Below are positions 21,065-31,006 of a stretch of DNA of 64,000 nt, piece by piece (position 1 is the first letter of the stretch; each line of letters opens with the position of its first letter). The DNA is from Alphaproteobacteria bacterium. Its GTDB lineage: Bacteria; Pseudomonadota; Alphaproteobacteria; Rhizobiales; JAJFHR01. The stretch covers positions 3,249 to 67,248 of the forward strand of contig JAJRTY010000099.1 in assembly GCA_024278055.1 (NCBI GenBank), read 5' to 3'. The translations under genes and the position numbers were made by a program. The notes under the pieces were generated by a model. The model saw only the letters and a list, made by a program, of their open reading frames with translations. It made no database searches and was not told where the DNA came from.

Positions 21065-21334
21065 CTAACGGCGAATTCCGAGTTTTTTGATCAGGTCAGA
21101 ATAGCGATTGACGTCTTTCGATTTTACATAATCGAGCAGACGGCGACGCTGGCTTACCATTTTCAGCAGGCCACGACGCGAATGATTATCTTTTTTGTGT
21201 GTTCTGAAATGTTCCGTTAAATTGCGGATACGTTCAGTTAAAATTGCCACCTGAACTTCCGGCGAACCTGTGTCGCCCTTGCCGGTGGCATTATCTTTAA
21301 TCAATTCCGATTTGCGTTCAGCAGTAATCGACAT
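21065..21334 (-). CDS. rpsO: 30S ribosomal protein S15
   Basis: 89 aa, [43 protein letters not shown]... Confidence 0.97.
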   Translation of the reverse strand: MSITAERKSELIKDNATGKGDTGSPEVQVAILTERIRNLTEHFRTHKKDNHSRRGLLKMVSQRRRLLDYVKSKDVNRYSDLIKKLGIRR

Positions 21335-21362
21335 CGTATACTCCTATTTCTGGTTTTGAGCC

Positions 21363-22286
21363 TCAGCCCAGATTAAAAACACGCTTTGGATGCAGGGCTC
21401 CCTGCCGAAATTCGGCCAATGCCACCGGTGTGCCGCAAGAGGCGACAAAAACGGTGCCACTGTATATGGGAGCATCACGTCCGCGTAAAATTACTGCCTG
21501 ACCGTTTTTCAGTCTTGCAGCGTCCGATGCGTTGACGGCCAGTGCCGGGATGTCGTCCAGCACGGTCTCAACAGACCGGATAACTTGCGCCAATTCTTGG
21601 TAGCGCGCGCCAATATGACTCAACTCTTCAAGTTTTTCCAGTGAAATTATGTCAGCCTCGAAAAAGGGCCCGACACGGGTGCGTCTTAATGCCGAAATAT
21701 GGCCAAAACAGCCCAGTTTTTCGCCAAAATCCCGCGCCAGTGCGCGCACATATGTGCCCTTGCCACAGTCAACTTCAAATTCAGTATGATCATTATCTGG
21801 ATGTCCGACAACCTCAAGTCTGTCAATTTGCACCTCTCGCGCCACCAGATTTACCTGCTCACCACTGCGCGCAATATCGTAAGCGCGCTCACCATCGACC
21901 TTCAAAGCTGAATATTGCGGCGGCATTTGCGCAATTGTGCCGGTGAAATCCTTCAGGATTGCCTCTATTTCGTCAGGCACAGGCCTCGCGTCGCTGGTTT
22001 GAATAATCTCGCCTTCGCTGTCATCCGTATCGGTTTGTACTCCCCAGGCAACGGTGAAGCGATAGGTTTTAGCGCCGTCCATAATATAGTTTGATGTTTT
22101 TGTCGCCTCGCCCAAGGCAATTGGCAGAATGCCTGAAGCCAGGGGATCCAGTGTTCCGCCGTGTCCGGCTTTTTGTGCATTCAATAACCAGCGCACCCGG
22201 CCAACTGCGCGCGTCGATGTCATGCCAACCGGTTTGTCGAGAGCGATCCAGCCGTGGATGGGATCACCTTTACGCTTGCGGGCCAT
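21363..22286 (-). CDS. truB: tRNA pseudouridine(55) synthase
   Basis: 307 aa with GWIALDKPVGMTS and the catalytic GHGGTLDPLASGILP. Confidence 0.95.
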   Translation of the reverse strand: MARKRKGDPIHGWIALDKPVGMTSTRAVGRVRWLLNAQKAGHGGTLDPLASGILPIALGEATKTSNYIMDGAKTYRFTVAWGVQTDTDDSEGEIIQTSDARPVPDEIEAILKDFTGTIAQMPPQYSALKVDGERAYDIARSGEQVNLVAREVQIDRLEVVGHPDNDHTEFEVDCGKGTYVRALARDFGEKLGCFGHISALRRTRVGPFFEADIISLEKLEELSHIGARYQELAQVIRSVETVLDDIPALAVNASDAARLKNGQAVILRGRDAPIYSGTVFVASCGTPVALAEFRQGALHPKRVFNLG

Positions 22287-22292
22287 GAGTGT

Positions 22293-22706
22293 CTATGCCG
22301 TTTCATCGTTAATTGACGTATCGCGCGCAACTTCAGGCGTGCTCAGCACTTCATCAATGCGTTGTGAATAATCAAATGATGTATCAATGACAAATTCGAT
22401 TTCCGGCGCATATTTTAATGACAGTCTGGCGCTGAGTTCCCCGCGAATAAACTTGTGCGCCCGATTGAGAGCCTCAACAACCGGCTGCTGGTTTTCACCT
22501 CCCAGCGGCATAATATAGGCACGCGCCTTGCGCAAGTCAGGTGACACAGAAACTTCCGATACGGTAATGATAACCCCTTTAAGGTCGGGTTCTCTTATTT
22601 CATCGCGCAGGAATAGTTGCGCCAGTTCATGACGCAGAACTTCGCCAACGCGCAACTGGCGCTGGCTTGCAGTTTTTCCACCACGCAAGCTCGATCGCTT
22701 GGCCAT
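22293..22706 (-). CDS. rbfA: Ribosome-binding factor A
   Basis: 137 aa with RQLRVGEVLRHELAQLF and VTVSEVSVSPDLRKARAY. It lies between infB and truB. Confidence 0.93.
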   Translation of the reverse strand: MAKRSSLRGGKTASQRQLRVGEVLRHELAQLFLRDEIREPDLKGVIITVSEVSVSPDLRKARAYIMPLGGENQQPVVEALNRAHKFIRGELSARLSLKYAPEIEFVIDTSFDYSQRIDEVLSTPEVARDTSINDETA

Positions 22707-22735
22707 TATCTCGGTCCTGTTTGTCGGTCTGTGAA

Positions 22736-25279
22736 CTAAAGTGTGCGGGCAATCTCTTCAGTTTCAAAACATTCGATAATATCACCGGCGCGCAGGTCTT
22801 CGTACTTCTCAAAGGCCATGCCACACTCCTGGCCTGACACCACTTCCTTGACTTCATCCTTGAAACGCTTGAGCGTTTTTAATGAGCCTTCGTGAATAAC
22901 CACATCATCACGAATAAGCCGGACTTTGGCTCCGCGTCTGACCATACCTTCGGTAACACGGCAACCGGCAATATGACCGATTTTTGAAATATGAAACACT
23001 TCCAGGATTTCGGCATTGCCAAGGAATTCTTCGCGGATAGTGGGCGACAGCATACCTGACAAGGCAGATTTTATGTCGTCAACCAGATCATAGATCACGC
23101 TATAATAGCGTATTTCCAGACCACTTTCCTTGGCAGCTTCGCGCGCCTGTGAATTTGCCCGCACGTTAAAGCCTAAAACAACCGCGTTTGAAGTTGCGGC
23201 CAGAGTTACATCTGATTCGGTAATGCCGCCGACACCGGAATGGATGATGCGTGCTGCAACCTCATCATTACCCAGTGCTTCAAGAGCTGCCACAATCGCT
23301 TCGCCCGAGCCCCTGACATCTGATTTAACGACAATCGGAAATTCCTGTCTCCCGGCTTCACCCAGTTGAGACATCATTTGTTCAAGCGAGGTGCGCACGC
23401 CAACTGAAGCATTCTGGCGGCGTTTGCGGGTGCGATATTCAGTAATTTCGCGCGCCTGAGCCTCACTGGTGACACTGCCAAACTGATCGCCGGCTTCCGG
23501 TGTGCCGCCAAGACCAAGCACTTCTACCGGCATGGAGGGGCCAACTTCGTCGAGGTTTTCGCCCTGATCATTAATCAGCGCCCTCACCTTGCCCCACTCG
23601 GCACCGGCAACAAACAAATCGCCAACTTTCAGCGTGCCGCGCTGTACCAGAACAGTAGCAACCGCACCGCGCCCACGATCCAGCTTGGCTTCAATAACAA
23701 TGCCGTCAGCCACCCGGTTGGGATTGGCTTTAAGTTCAAGCAGCTCAGCCTGAAGCAGAATGGCTTCCTGCAGTTTATCTAAACCTGTACCCTTGAGGGC
23801 AGATACTTCTATCTCCTGAACATCACCGCCATTGGCTTCAGTTACGACTTCATGCTGCAGCAGCTCATTGCGCACGCGTGTCACGTCAGCTGCCGCCAGA
23901 TCAATCTTGTTGACGGCCAGAATCATTGGCACATTGGCGGCCTTGGCATGATTTATAGCTTCGATAGTCTGCGGCATAACACCATCATCAGCGGCAACAA
24001 CCAGAATGACAATATCGGTTACCGAGGCACCGCGTTGGCGCATTGAGGTAAAAGCTGCGTGACCGGGTGTGTCTATGAAGGTGATTTTGTGACCGTCGGC
24101 GGTCTGTATCTGATAAGCACCAATATGCTGGGTAATGCCACCGGCTTCACCACTGACAACACTGGTTTTGCGCATGGCATCGAGCAGTGACGTTTTACCA
24201 TGATCCACATGGCCCATGACGGTAACAATTGGTGCGCGCGGCTCCAGTGTTTCCTGATCATCAACATCGGCTATAATGGCTTCTTCAACGTCGGCCTCTG
24301 ACACACGTTTAACTGTGTGGCCAAATTCCTGCACCAGCAGTTCAGCGGTATCGGCATCAATCACATCGGTGATTTTGACCATCTGGCCCTGCTTCATCAA
24401 AAGTTTGATAAGCTCAACACCGCGTTCGGCCATGCGGTTGGCAAGTTCCTGTATTGTGATGGCTTCGGGAATGACAACTTCACGAAAAACCTTTGCCTGC
24501 GGGTCTGATCCCATGCCCTGTCTTTTGGCACGTTCGCGTTTGCGCTTGATTGAAGCCAGACTTCTCTGGCGAGTCCTGTCATCAAGAGCATTGGAAATAG
24601 TCAGGCGGCCACGGCGTCTTTGCGGTTCACCCTTGCGACTGGGGGCCGCTTTATTGTCTGTATTCTGGCGGCCTTTGCGTTTTTCCGCCTCCGGGCGCTT
24701 TTCGCGTGCCTTGTCAGTGGATGCGGCATCCTTGGCATCAGGGTTTTCCAGTTTGGCTGCAGCAGCAGAGGCGTCGGCAGCAAGTTTTTTTGCTTCTTCT
24801 TCGGCTTTTCGCGCTTCTTCTTCCGCCTGCTTGGCCTCAAGTTCTTCGCGTTCGCGCTTCAGGATGTCTTCTTTTTCCTGTTGCTGCGCATCAACAACCG
24901 CCTGTTTAACCTCTTCGGCTTCGCGCACCCGCGCACTGGCCAGGGCCTTGGCGCGTGCTTCTTTTTCCTCTTCGGTCAATGTCCTGAGAACATTTCCCGA
25001 TGAACGTTCTTCAACCCGTGGTCGTGGCTTTGATCTCGGCGCTACAGCCACCTTTGCCTTAACGGGTTCGGGTTTTTTCTCCGCCGGTTTTGGTGGTGCT
25101 TCGACAGCGCTGCCTGGTACTGCAATCGTGCGCTTGCGTTTCTTTTCAACCAGAACAGATTTCGAGCGGCCATGGGAAAAGTTTTGCCGAACGTGGCCGG
25201 ATTCGACCGTACGTCCCAAACTCAGCGGCTTTCTGCCACCGGTTGTTTCGCCCTGTTCTGTATCTTTCGTGTCGCTCAT
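22736..25279 (-). CDS. infB: Translation initiation factor IF-2
   Basis: GTPase motifs ([25 protein letters not shown]) and a long K/E/A-rich N-terminal region. ATG is at 25279; the track ORF uses GTG 25288. Confidence 0.97.
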   Translation of the reverse strand: MSDTKDTEQGETTGGRKPLSLGRTVESGHVRQNFSHGRSKSVLVEKKRKRTIAVPGSAVEAPPKPAEKKPEPVKAKVAVAPRSKPRPRVEERSSGNVLRTLTEEEKEARAKALASARVREAEEVKQAVVDAQQQEKEDILKREREELEAKQAEEEARKAEEEAKKLAADASAAAAKLENPDAKDAASTDKAREKRPEAEKRKGRQNTDNKAAPSRKGEPQRRRGRLTISNALDDRTRQRSLASIKRKRERAKRQGMGSDPQAKVFREVVIPEAITIQELANRMAERGVELIKLLMKQGQMVKITDVIDADTAELLVQEFGHTVKRVSEADVEEAIIADVDDQETLEPRAPIVTVMGHVDHGKTSLLDAMRKTSVVSGEAGGITQHIGAYQIQTADGHKITFIDTPGHAAFTSMRQRGASVTDIVILVVAADDGVMPQTIEAINHAKAANVPMILAVNKIDLAAADVTRVRNELLQHEVVTEANGGDVQEIEVSALKGTGLDKLQEAILLQAELLELKANPNRVADGIVIEAKLDRGRGAVATVLVQRGTLKVGDLFVAGAEWGKVRALINDQGENLDEVGPSMPVEVLGLGGTPEAGDQFGSVTSEAQAREITEYRTRKRRQNASVGVRTSLEQMMSQLGEAGRQEFPIVVKSDVRGSGEAIVAALEALGNDEVAARIIHSGVGGITESDVTLAATSNAVVLGFNVRANSQAREAAKESGLEIRYYSVIYDLVDDIKSALSGMLSPTIREEFLGNAEILEVFHISKIGHIAGCRVTEGMVRRGAKVRLIRDDVVIHEGSLKTLKRFKDEVKEVVSGQECGMAFEKYEDLRAGDIIECFETEEIARTL

Positions 25280-25317
25280 GCACTTCACTTTCTATGCAGA
25301 TGGCGGTCCATCCGCGT

Positions 25318-25950
25318 TTACTTTTCGTCGTATTGTTTCAGCTTTTCAACAGCTGAAACCAAATTGGCACCATTGCGTTCGCACGCTATCGCAGCATGTA
25401 TCACATTTTCCAGCCCTAAAGCCAAACTCAATTCCACTGTGGTAAAGAAATTTACGATTGGCACCATATCTGCCTCTTCACCATATACGGACCTCAAACA
25501 GTCCTTAATTTTACGTTTGCCATCTGCAGCACCATCACAGCCATGTAACACCACAGTTGTTTGATGTTTGCCAATCTGCCGTTCGACCTTTGCTGCACCA
25601 CTTACCAGAACCCCGGCTTTTTTACACATACTTACTTTGGCAATTGCATTTTTCCGCATTAGTTGGGCAATTAATTCGGCAAGTTCTTCGCCGCCTTTAA
25701 CAGAACCTCCAAATGCCCGTGCAAACACTCCTTTGGCCACTGCCTTGTTCACTACCACACGGCTGGCGCTTACCCATGCTCCGCGGCCTGGCAGATTGTT
25801 TTTCAAGTCAGGAACAAGCACATTTTCCGGCGACAACACGATACGAATGAGATCATCGACGGGCTTGACCTGGCGCGTTGCCACACACATTCGGGTTTTA
25901 ACGCTATTCAGTCCTTTAGGCAAATTTTCAACTTTATTCTGTTTCTTCAT
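25318..25950 (-). CDS. YlxR/DUF448-type RNA-binding protein with an L7Ae-like C-terminal domain
   Basis: RMCVATRQVKPVDDLIRIV...LPGRGAWV. It occupies the conserved position between nusA and infB. Confidence 0.82.
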   Translation of the reverse strand: MKKQNKVENLPKGLNSVKTRMCVATRQVKPVDDLIRIVLSPENVLVPDLKNNLPGRGAWVSASRVVVNKAVAKGVFARAFGGSVKGGEELAELIAQLMRKNAIAKVSMCKKAGVLVSGAAKVERQIGKHQTTVVLHGCDGAADGKRKIKDCLRSVYGEEADMVPIVNFFTTVELSLALGLENVIHAAIACERNGANLVSAVEKLKQYDEK

Positions 25951-27574
25951 CTTTCGCTATTGCGTCATCATCACCGGGCTCAGGTGTGTCTTCGTCGGCT
26001 TCGGGCCCGCGAAGGTCTTCTTCCGTAATCCAGCCTGCTTTCACACGGGCCAGCATAATCATGGCTTCAGCGTCAGCGGGAGAGGCTTCATTTACTGCAA
26101 AAATACCTGGATGGCGGATAACTTCACCATCCTTGCGTTCAATCCAGCCGGTTAATTCATCAGTGGCGCATCCGGCAAAATCTTCCATATTTTTAATGTC
26201 GTTTTCACCCAGTTTTACCAGCAACGCTGTCGTCAGGCCGGGAATTTCTGAAAGTTCTTCTGCAACTTTCAGTTTTGCCAACTTGATTTTGAGCTCATTT
26301 TCGTATTTTTCAATATGTTCGCGCGCACGGGTTTGAAGTTCAACTGCGGTATCTTCGTCAAATCCATCAATTTCTGCAATTTCCTCCATCGCGACAAATG
26401 CGACTTCATCGATGGTGCTGAAACCTTCCGATGCCAACAGCTGGGCAATCATCTCATCAACATCAAGCACTTTCGCAAATAACTCACTGCGCTGGGTGAA
26501 TTCAACCTGGCGGCGTTCCGATTCGTCAGAATCCGTCAGAATATCAATATCCCACCCGGTAAGCTGAGAGGCCAGTCTAACGTTCTGCCCCCGGCGGCCA
26601 ATGGCCAGGCTCAATTGCTCGTCTGGAACAACAACTTCAATACGTTCTGCATCTTCATCCAAAATCACCTTGATGACTTCAGCCGGAGCAAGAGCATTAA
26701 CAATGAAGGTGGCAGCATCCGGTGACCACTGGATGATATCAATCTTTTCACCCTGAAGTTCGTTAACAACCGCCTGGACACGACTGCCGCGCATACCAAC
26801 GCAGGCACCCACCGGGTCAATCGAGCTGTCGGTGGATAAAACCGCTATCTTGGCCCGGCTGCCAGGATCGCGGGAAACCGATTTAATCTCAATAATACCA
26901 TCATAAATTTCCGGCACTTCCTGTGAGAACAGTTTGGCCATAAACTGGGGATGGGTGCGTGACAGGAATATCTGCGGCCCGCGCTGTTCCTGGCGAACGT
27001 CGAAAATATAGGCACGGATGCGATCCCCATTGCGGAAATTTTCACGCGGCAGGGCTTCATCCCTGCGCACGACCGCTTCGCCGCGGCCAAGATCAACAAT
27101 AATATTGCCATATTCAACCCGCTTGACGACGCCGTGTACAATTTCACCGACGCGGTCCTTGAATTCTTCATACTGGCGTTCGCGTTCAGCTTCACGCACT
27201 TTTTGCACAATGACCTGCTTGGCATTTTGCGCAGCAATGCGGCCAAAATCCACTGGCGGCAGGGGTTCGGAGATAAAATCACCCAGTATAGCTTCAGGAT
27301 TGCGTTTTTTGGCTTCTTTCAGGGAAATCTGAACCGCCTCCATTTCGACTGTTTCAACCACTTCCAGCAATCGTGAAAGCAGAATTTCCCCGGTAGTCGG
27401 GTCAATCTGGGCGCGGATTTCATTTTCACTGCCGTAACGTGAGCGTGCAGCGCGCTGTATAGCGTCTTCCATGGCACCGATCACAACCATTCGGTCAATG
27501 GCCTTCTCGCGCGCAACACTATCGGCGATTTGCAACAGTTCCAGCCTGTTGGCGCTAATTCCTAATTGTGACAT
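25934..27574 (-). CDS. nusA: Transcription termination/antitermination factor NusA
   Basis: It has S1 and KH domains and an acidic C-terminal repeat region. ATG 27574 (MSQLGISANRLELLQIAD...) is preceded by GGAGAA; the track ORF starts at 27592. Confidence 0.96.
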   Translation of the reverse strand: MSQLGISANRLELLQIADSVAREKAIDRMVVIGAMEDAIQRAARSRYGSENEIRAQIDPTTGEILLSRLLEVVETVEMEAVQISLKEAKKRNPEAILGDFISEPLPPVDFGRIAAQNAKQVIVQKVREAERERQYEEFKDRVGEIVHGVVKRVEYGNIIVDLGRGEAVVRRDEALPRENFRNGDRIRAYIFDVRQEQRGPQIFLSRTHPQFMAKLFSQEVPEIYDGIIEIKSVSRDPGSRAKIAVLSTDSSIDPVGACVGMRGSRVQAVVNELQGEKIDIIQWSPDAATFIVNALAPAEVIKVILDEDAERIEVVVPDEQLSLAIGRRGQNVRLASQLTGWDIDILTDSDESERRQVEFTQRSELFAKVLDVDEMIAQLLASEGFSTIDEVAFVAMEEIAEIDGFDEDTAVELQTRAREHIEKYENELKIKLAKLKVAEELSEIPGLTTALLVKLGENDIKNMEDFAGCATDELTGWIERKDGEVIRHPGIFAVNEASPADAEAMIMLARVKAGWITEEDLRGPEADEDTPEPGDDDAIAKDEETE

Positions 27575-27588
27575 GGCGTTTTCTCCAC

Positions 27589-28134
27589 TCAATCCTGTCT
27601 GGTTTTGCTGCTTTTCATTGCAGCTGCAATAAGTTGATCGGTCATTACCAATCGCGCGGTTGAAAGTATCTCGAAGGGCAGCTCGATATTTGTTGTTTCT
27701 TCATCGCCGCCTGCTTCAATAACAACTGACCCGTCTTTGAAACCCTTGACAATCCCCCGATAGCGTTTGCGCCCTTCGAAGGTCTGCGTCAATTCAATTT
27801 TTGCCTCATGGTTCTTCCAGCGCTCAAAATCACCAGGTCTGACCAGAGGCCGGTCAATTCCGGGCGAAGATACCTCCAGAAAATATTCTCCCGGCAAAAT
27901 ATCCTCAACATCAAAAATCGGTGACAGGGTTCGGCTCACAGCCTCGCAATCACCTACCTGCATCGTCCCGTCAGGTCGCTCGGCCATAACCTGCAAGGTG
28001 CAACCATTTTCGCCGGACAACTTTATCCGCACCAACCGGTAGCCCATATCTTCCAGCACCGGCTCGGCCAGCTGAGCGATCTTTCGAGCAACACCGGTTT
28101 CACTTTCTAACCGGGCGTCCGCTTTGGTGTCCAT
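27589..28134 (-). CDS. rimP: Ribosome maturation factor RimP
   Basis: IAQLAEPVLEDMGYRLVRIKL...LEVSSPGIDRPL. The start is probably ATG 28134, because a terminator-like structure occupies 28184-28208. Confidence 0.9.
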   Translation of the reverse strand: MDTKADARLESETGVARKIAQLAEPVLEDMGYRLVRIKLSGENGCTLQVMAERPDGTMQVGDCEAVSRTLSPIFDVEDILPGEYFLEVSSPGIDRPLVRPGDFERWKNHEAKIELTQTFEGRKRYRGIVKGFKDGSVVIEAGGDEETTNIELPFEILSTARLVMTDQLIAAAMKSSKTRQD

Positions 28135-28183
28135 TATACAAGTCCTTGAACAGATGCTTGGCATCCATTCATTTTTCGGCAAT

Positions 28184-28208
28184 AAAAAAAGCGGACCCGC
28201 AGGCCCAC
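28184..28208 (-). terminator. Rho-independent terminator downstream of trmB
   Basis: The minus strand reads GTGGGCC-TGCG-GGTCCGC followed by TTTTTTTATT. That is a 7-bp stem including two G.U pairs, followed by a 7-U tract. Confidence 0.6.
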
Positions 28209-28284
28209 TGTATACAAATCGAAATTCAATTCAGCTCTTACCTACGCCTAATACACCCATTTGCTTAATAACTGCAAGCTTTTG

Positions 28285-28965
28285 TTACTTGATACAGGCG
28301 ATTGTCAAATAAGTAGAAGGACGCCCGGCTCTGACGGCTTTTTCTTCATAGCGGGTCCGGGGTCTTTCCAGCGGTTCCATATCGACCAATTCAAAGTTCC
28401 GGTTATCGGCAATATGATCTTGTGTCCAGCCAATATAATCGGCGATATCGCTGGCAAAACAAAGATGTGCGCGCGACTTCATCACCCGGGCCAGCTGGTT
28501 CAGGGTTTGCTGATTGATAAAGCGGCGTTTGTGATGACGCTTTTTCGGCCATGGATCTGGAAAAAGCACATAGACTTTCTCCAGACAAGACTCGGGCAGC
28601 CGGTCCAGGAGGTCGCGGGCATCATCATCGCAAATTCGGATATTGTCCAGTTTCGCCTCCTCAATGGCGGTGAGAAGTTTTACTACTCCGTTGATAAAGG
28701 GCTCACAACCGATAAATCCAACATCCTTCGCTCTTTTCGCCTGCCAGATGAGGTGTTCGGCACCGCCAAAACCGATTTCAAGATGAAAGCGGGTAAACAT
28801 ACCGCAAAACAATTCCGTCAATTGCCCGCCATCTTTATAGACAGCAGAATTGTCTACCTGGACCTGTGGCAAAAGCTCATCGATGAGGCGTTGCTGGCGC
28901 GGGCTTAAAGGTGATCCCAGTCTGCGTCCGAACAAACGATATTCTCTGAACTGATTTCGCGTCAT
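28285..28965 (-). CDS. trmB: tRNA (guanine-N7)-methyltransferase
   Basis: LFGRRLGSPLSPRQQRLIDELLP, LEIGFGGAEHL and FPDPWPKKRHHKRR. ATG is at 28965; the track ORF starts at GTG 28992. Confidence 0.93.
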   Translation of the reverse strand: MTRNQFREYRLFGRRLGSPLSPRQQRLIDELLPQVQVDNSAVYKDGGQLTELFCGMFTRFHLEIGFGGAEHLIWQAKRAKDVGFIGCEPFINGVVKLLTAIEEAKLDNIRICDDDARDLLDRLPESCLEKVYVLFPDPWPKKRHHKRRFINQQTLNQLARVMKSRAHLCFASDIADYIGWTQDHIADNRNFELVDMEPLERPRTRYEEKAVRAGRPSTYLTIACIK

Positions 28966-29004
28966 AACGTCTTGTACCAAAAGCGCGGGCACTTATATCC
29001 TCAT

Positions 29005-29070
29005 GCCGGCAAAAGCCGGTATGACGGGGAGAAGGCAGGCTTGGAGCCCCTTCACACAAACCTCAGGAGA
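29005..29070. repeat. Degenerate solo copy (R3) of the palindromic element family, with a small CCGGC-AAAA-GCCGG hairpin
   Basis: 29026-29052, GGGGAGAAGGCAGGCTTGGAGCCCCTT, compares with the R1 arm GGGGGAGAGGGCTGGCTTGGAGCCTTTT. CCTCAGGAGA at 29061-29070 matches the outer arm of R2. ATCCTCAT at about 28996-29003 matches the reverse complement of ATGAGGAT in the R2 loop. No matching second arm is present. Confidence 0.65.
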
Positions 29071-29083
29071 TCGACCTTGAGTT

Positions 29084-30253
29084 CTAGCCAATTGTTGATT
29101 TCAACTGATCCGTAAGGTCGGTTTTTTCCCACGAAAACCCACCATCTTCATCCGGTATGCGGCCAAAGTGGCCATAGGCAGAGGTGCGCTCATAAATTGG
29201 GCGGCTCAATGTCAGGTGTTCCCGGATGCCGCGCGGGCTCAAATCCATGACATCCGCGATGGCCCGTTCAATTTCGGCGTCCACTACTTTTCCGGTACCA
29301 TGGGTATCCACATACAATGACAATGGTTTGGAAACCCCGATCGCGTAGGAAAGCTGAATTGTGCATTTATCTGCAAGATCAGCTGCAACCACATTTTTCG
29401 CCAAATAGCGCGAGGCGTAAGCAGCAGAGCGGTCTACTTTGGTAGGGTCTTTGCCGGAAAATGCACCACCACCATGCGGGGCGGCCCCGCCATAGGTGTC
29501 GACAATAATCTTGCGACCGGTCAATCCGGCATCACCATCTGGTCCGCCAATCACAAATTTCCCGGTTGGATTGACATAAAACTCATCCTCGCCACACATC
29601 CAGCCCTGCGGCAAAATGCCTTCGACAAAAGGTCTAACCAGTTCACGCACATCGTCCTGGGACAGATCTTCTCTATGCTGGGTTGATACGACGATCGAGG
29701 TGGCGCGGACAGGTTTGCCGTTTTCATACTGCAATGTCACCTGGCTTTTGGAATCGGGGCCAAAGCCCAGATTAATATCGCCATGACGTGCGGTTGCCAT
29801 CGCTTCGAGAATTTTATGTGAATAAAAAATTGGCGCTGGCATCAAAACCTCGGTCTCGCGACAGGCATAACCAAACATTATCCCCTGATCGCCTGCGCCC
29901 TCATCCTTGTTGCCGGCCGCGTCCACACCTTGTGCAATATCTGCGGACTGCTGATGCACATGAACGGAAACTTCGGCATTTTCCCAATGAAACCCGTCTT
30001 GCTCATAGCCAATTGCTTTAACAGCGTCGCGGGCAGCGCGTTCCATTTTTTCAGGAGTTACCGTGTCCGGTCCCCTGACTTCACCGGCGAGTACGATCCG
30101 ATTGGTTGTTGTCATCGTTTCGACAGCCACTCTGGAGGCCGGATCGGCATCCAGAAACAAATCAACAATCGCATCCGATATCCGGTCACAAACCTTGTCT
30201 GGATGGCCTTCTGAAACTGATTCACTGGTAAACTGGAAGTTTTCTCTCGCCAC
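29084..30253 (-). CDS. metK: S-adenosylmethionine synthase
   Basis: 389 aa with [28 protein letters not shown] and [19 protein letters not shown]. The GTG start is preceded by AGGAG. Confidence 0.97.
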   Translation of the reverse strand: MARENFQFTSESVSEGHPDKVCDRISDAIVDLFLDADPASRVAVETMTTTNRIVLAGEVRGPDTVTPEKMERAARDAVKAIGYEQDGFHWENAEVSVHVHQQSADIAQGVDAAGNKDEGAGDQGIMFGYACRETEVLMPAPIFYSHKILEAMATARHGDINLGFGPDSKSQVTLQYENGKPVRATSIVVSTQHREDLSQDDVRELVRPFVEGILPQGWMCGEDEFYVNPTGKFVIGGPDGDAGLTGRKIIVDTYGGAAPHGGGAFSGKDPTKVDRSAAYASRYLAKNVVAADLADKCTIQLSYAIGVSKPLSLYVDTHGTGKVVDAEIERAIADVMDLSPRGIREHLTLSRPIYERTSAYGHFGRIPDEDGGFSWEKTDLTDQLKSTIG

Positions 30254-30364
30254 GCACCTGCTCCTACGCCTTAATTATAAGGAATTTTCTTCACCGCACT
30301 AAAAAGTGCCGCGTTGTTCTGGCAGGCTTTACGTTTTCGGTCAAGGTAGCAGCTGAAATTGGTG

Positions 30365-30808
30365 TTATTCAAAATTACCTGAGGAGTTTTTTTGTTGAGC
30401 AACAACAGCCCTTACCAATTCAATGAATTTACGACGGACCTCACTGCCGTTGATCTCATCAAAGGCCTTATTCAGCTGAATTCCCTCGGAACTGCCAAGA
30501 AAATCCATTAAGCGCACTTCCGAACCACTTTCAGAAAATCCACTTACTGTGTCTGAAGCAGACGGGTCAGGCAGACCATCAAAGAAAAAATGTACCGGGA
30601 CTTTTAAAATTTCACCAATTTGATAAAGCCTGCTGGCACTGACACGGTTTGCACCTTTTTCATATTTCTGCACTTGCTGAAAAGTGAGATCGAGTTTTTC
30701 GCCAAGCTTTTCCTGACTCATTCCCTGAAGAACCCTGCGCATGCGTAATCGAGCGCCAACATGAACATCTATTGGGTTGGGATTTTTCTTTACCATTACT
30801 CGTCTCAA
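30365..30808 (-). CDS. XRE-family helix-turn-helix transcriptional regulator
   Basis: HTH region VGARLRMRRVLQGMSQEKLGEKLDLTFQQVQKYEKGANRVSASRL. The C-terminal half is unassigned. Confidence 0.8.
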   Translation of the reverse strand: MRRVMVKKNPNPIDVHVGARLRMRRVLQGMSQEKLGEKLDLTFQQVQKYEKGANRVSASRLYQIGEILKVPVHFFFDGLPDPSASDTVSGFSESGSEVRLMDFLGSSEGIQLNKAFDEINGSEVRRKFIELVRAVVAQQKNSSGNFE

Positions 30809-31006
30809 TATTCTATATTTCCGGCAATACTAAGGTTGCTAGTTTTACATTTAATAATAAAAGCGCCCCGCCTTTTCTAGCCTTCAGGAGCAAGCCGGTC
30901 AAGTAGGTTGCATGAAGTTGCTGGCAGAGGATATTTATTAGCCAAAACGATCGATTTTGTGAGTTATGCTCTAAAAACGATTTACTTAAGCTGCATAATC
31001 GGGAGC

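Noticed and set aside
24276-25445. 389-aa plus-strand ORF opposite infB. Similar long antisense or out-of-frame ORFs occur at 18782..19450, 25568..26155, 28261..28908, 36763..37323, 45307..45909, 55559..56140 and 62700..63299.
   Set aside because: Each lies entirely within a confidently identified gene on the other strand or in another frame. Their translations are low-complexity (S/A/R/C-rich) and have no recognisable motifs. They are shadow ORFs.
30254-30364. SAM riboswitch in the metK 5' leader
   Set aside because: Only short A/U-rich hairpins are present (CCTTA-TAAT-TAAGG, GCAC-TTTTTA-GTGC). I could not recognise a SAM-II or SAM-V-like pseudoknot signature by eye. A covariance-model scan would be needed.
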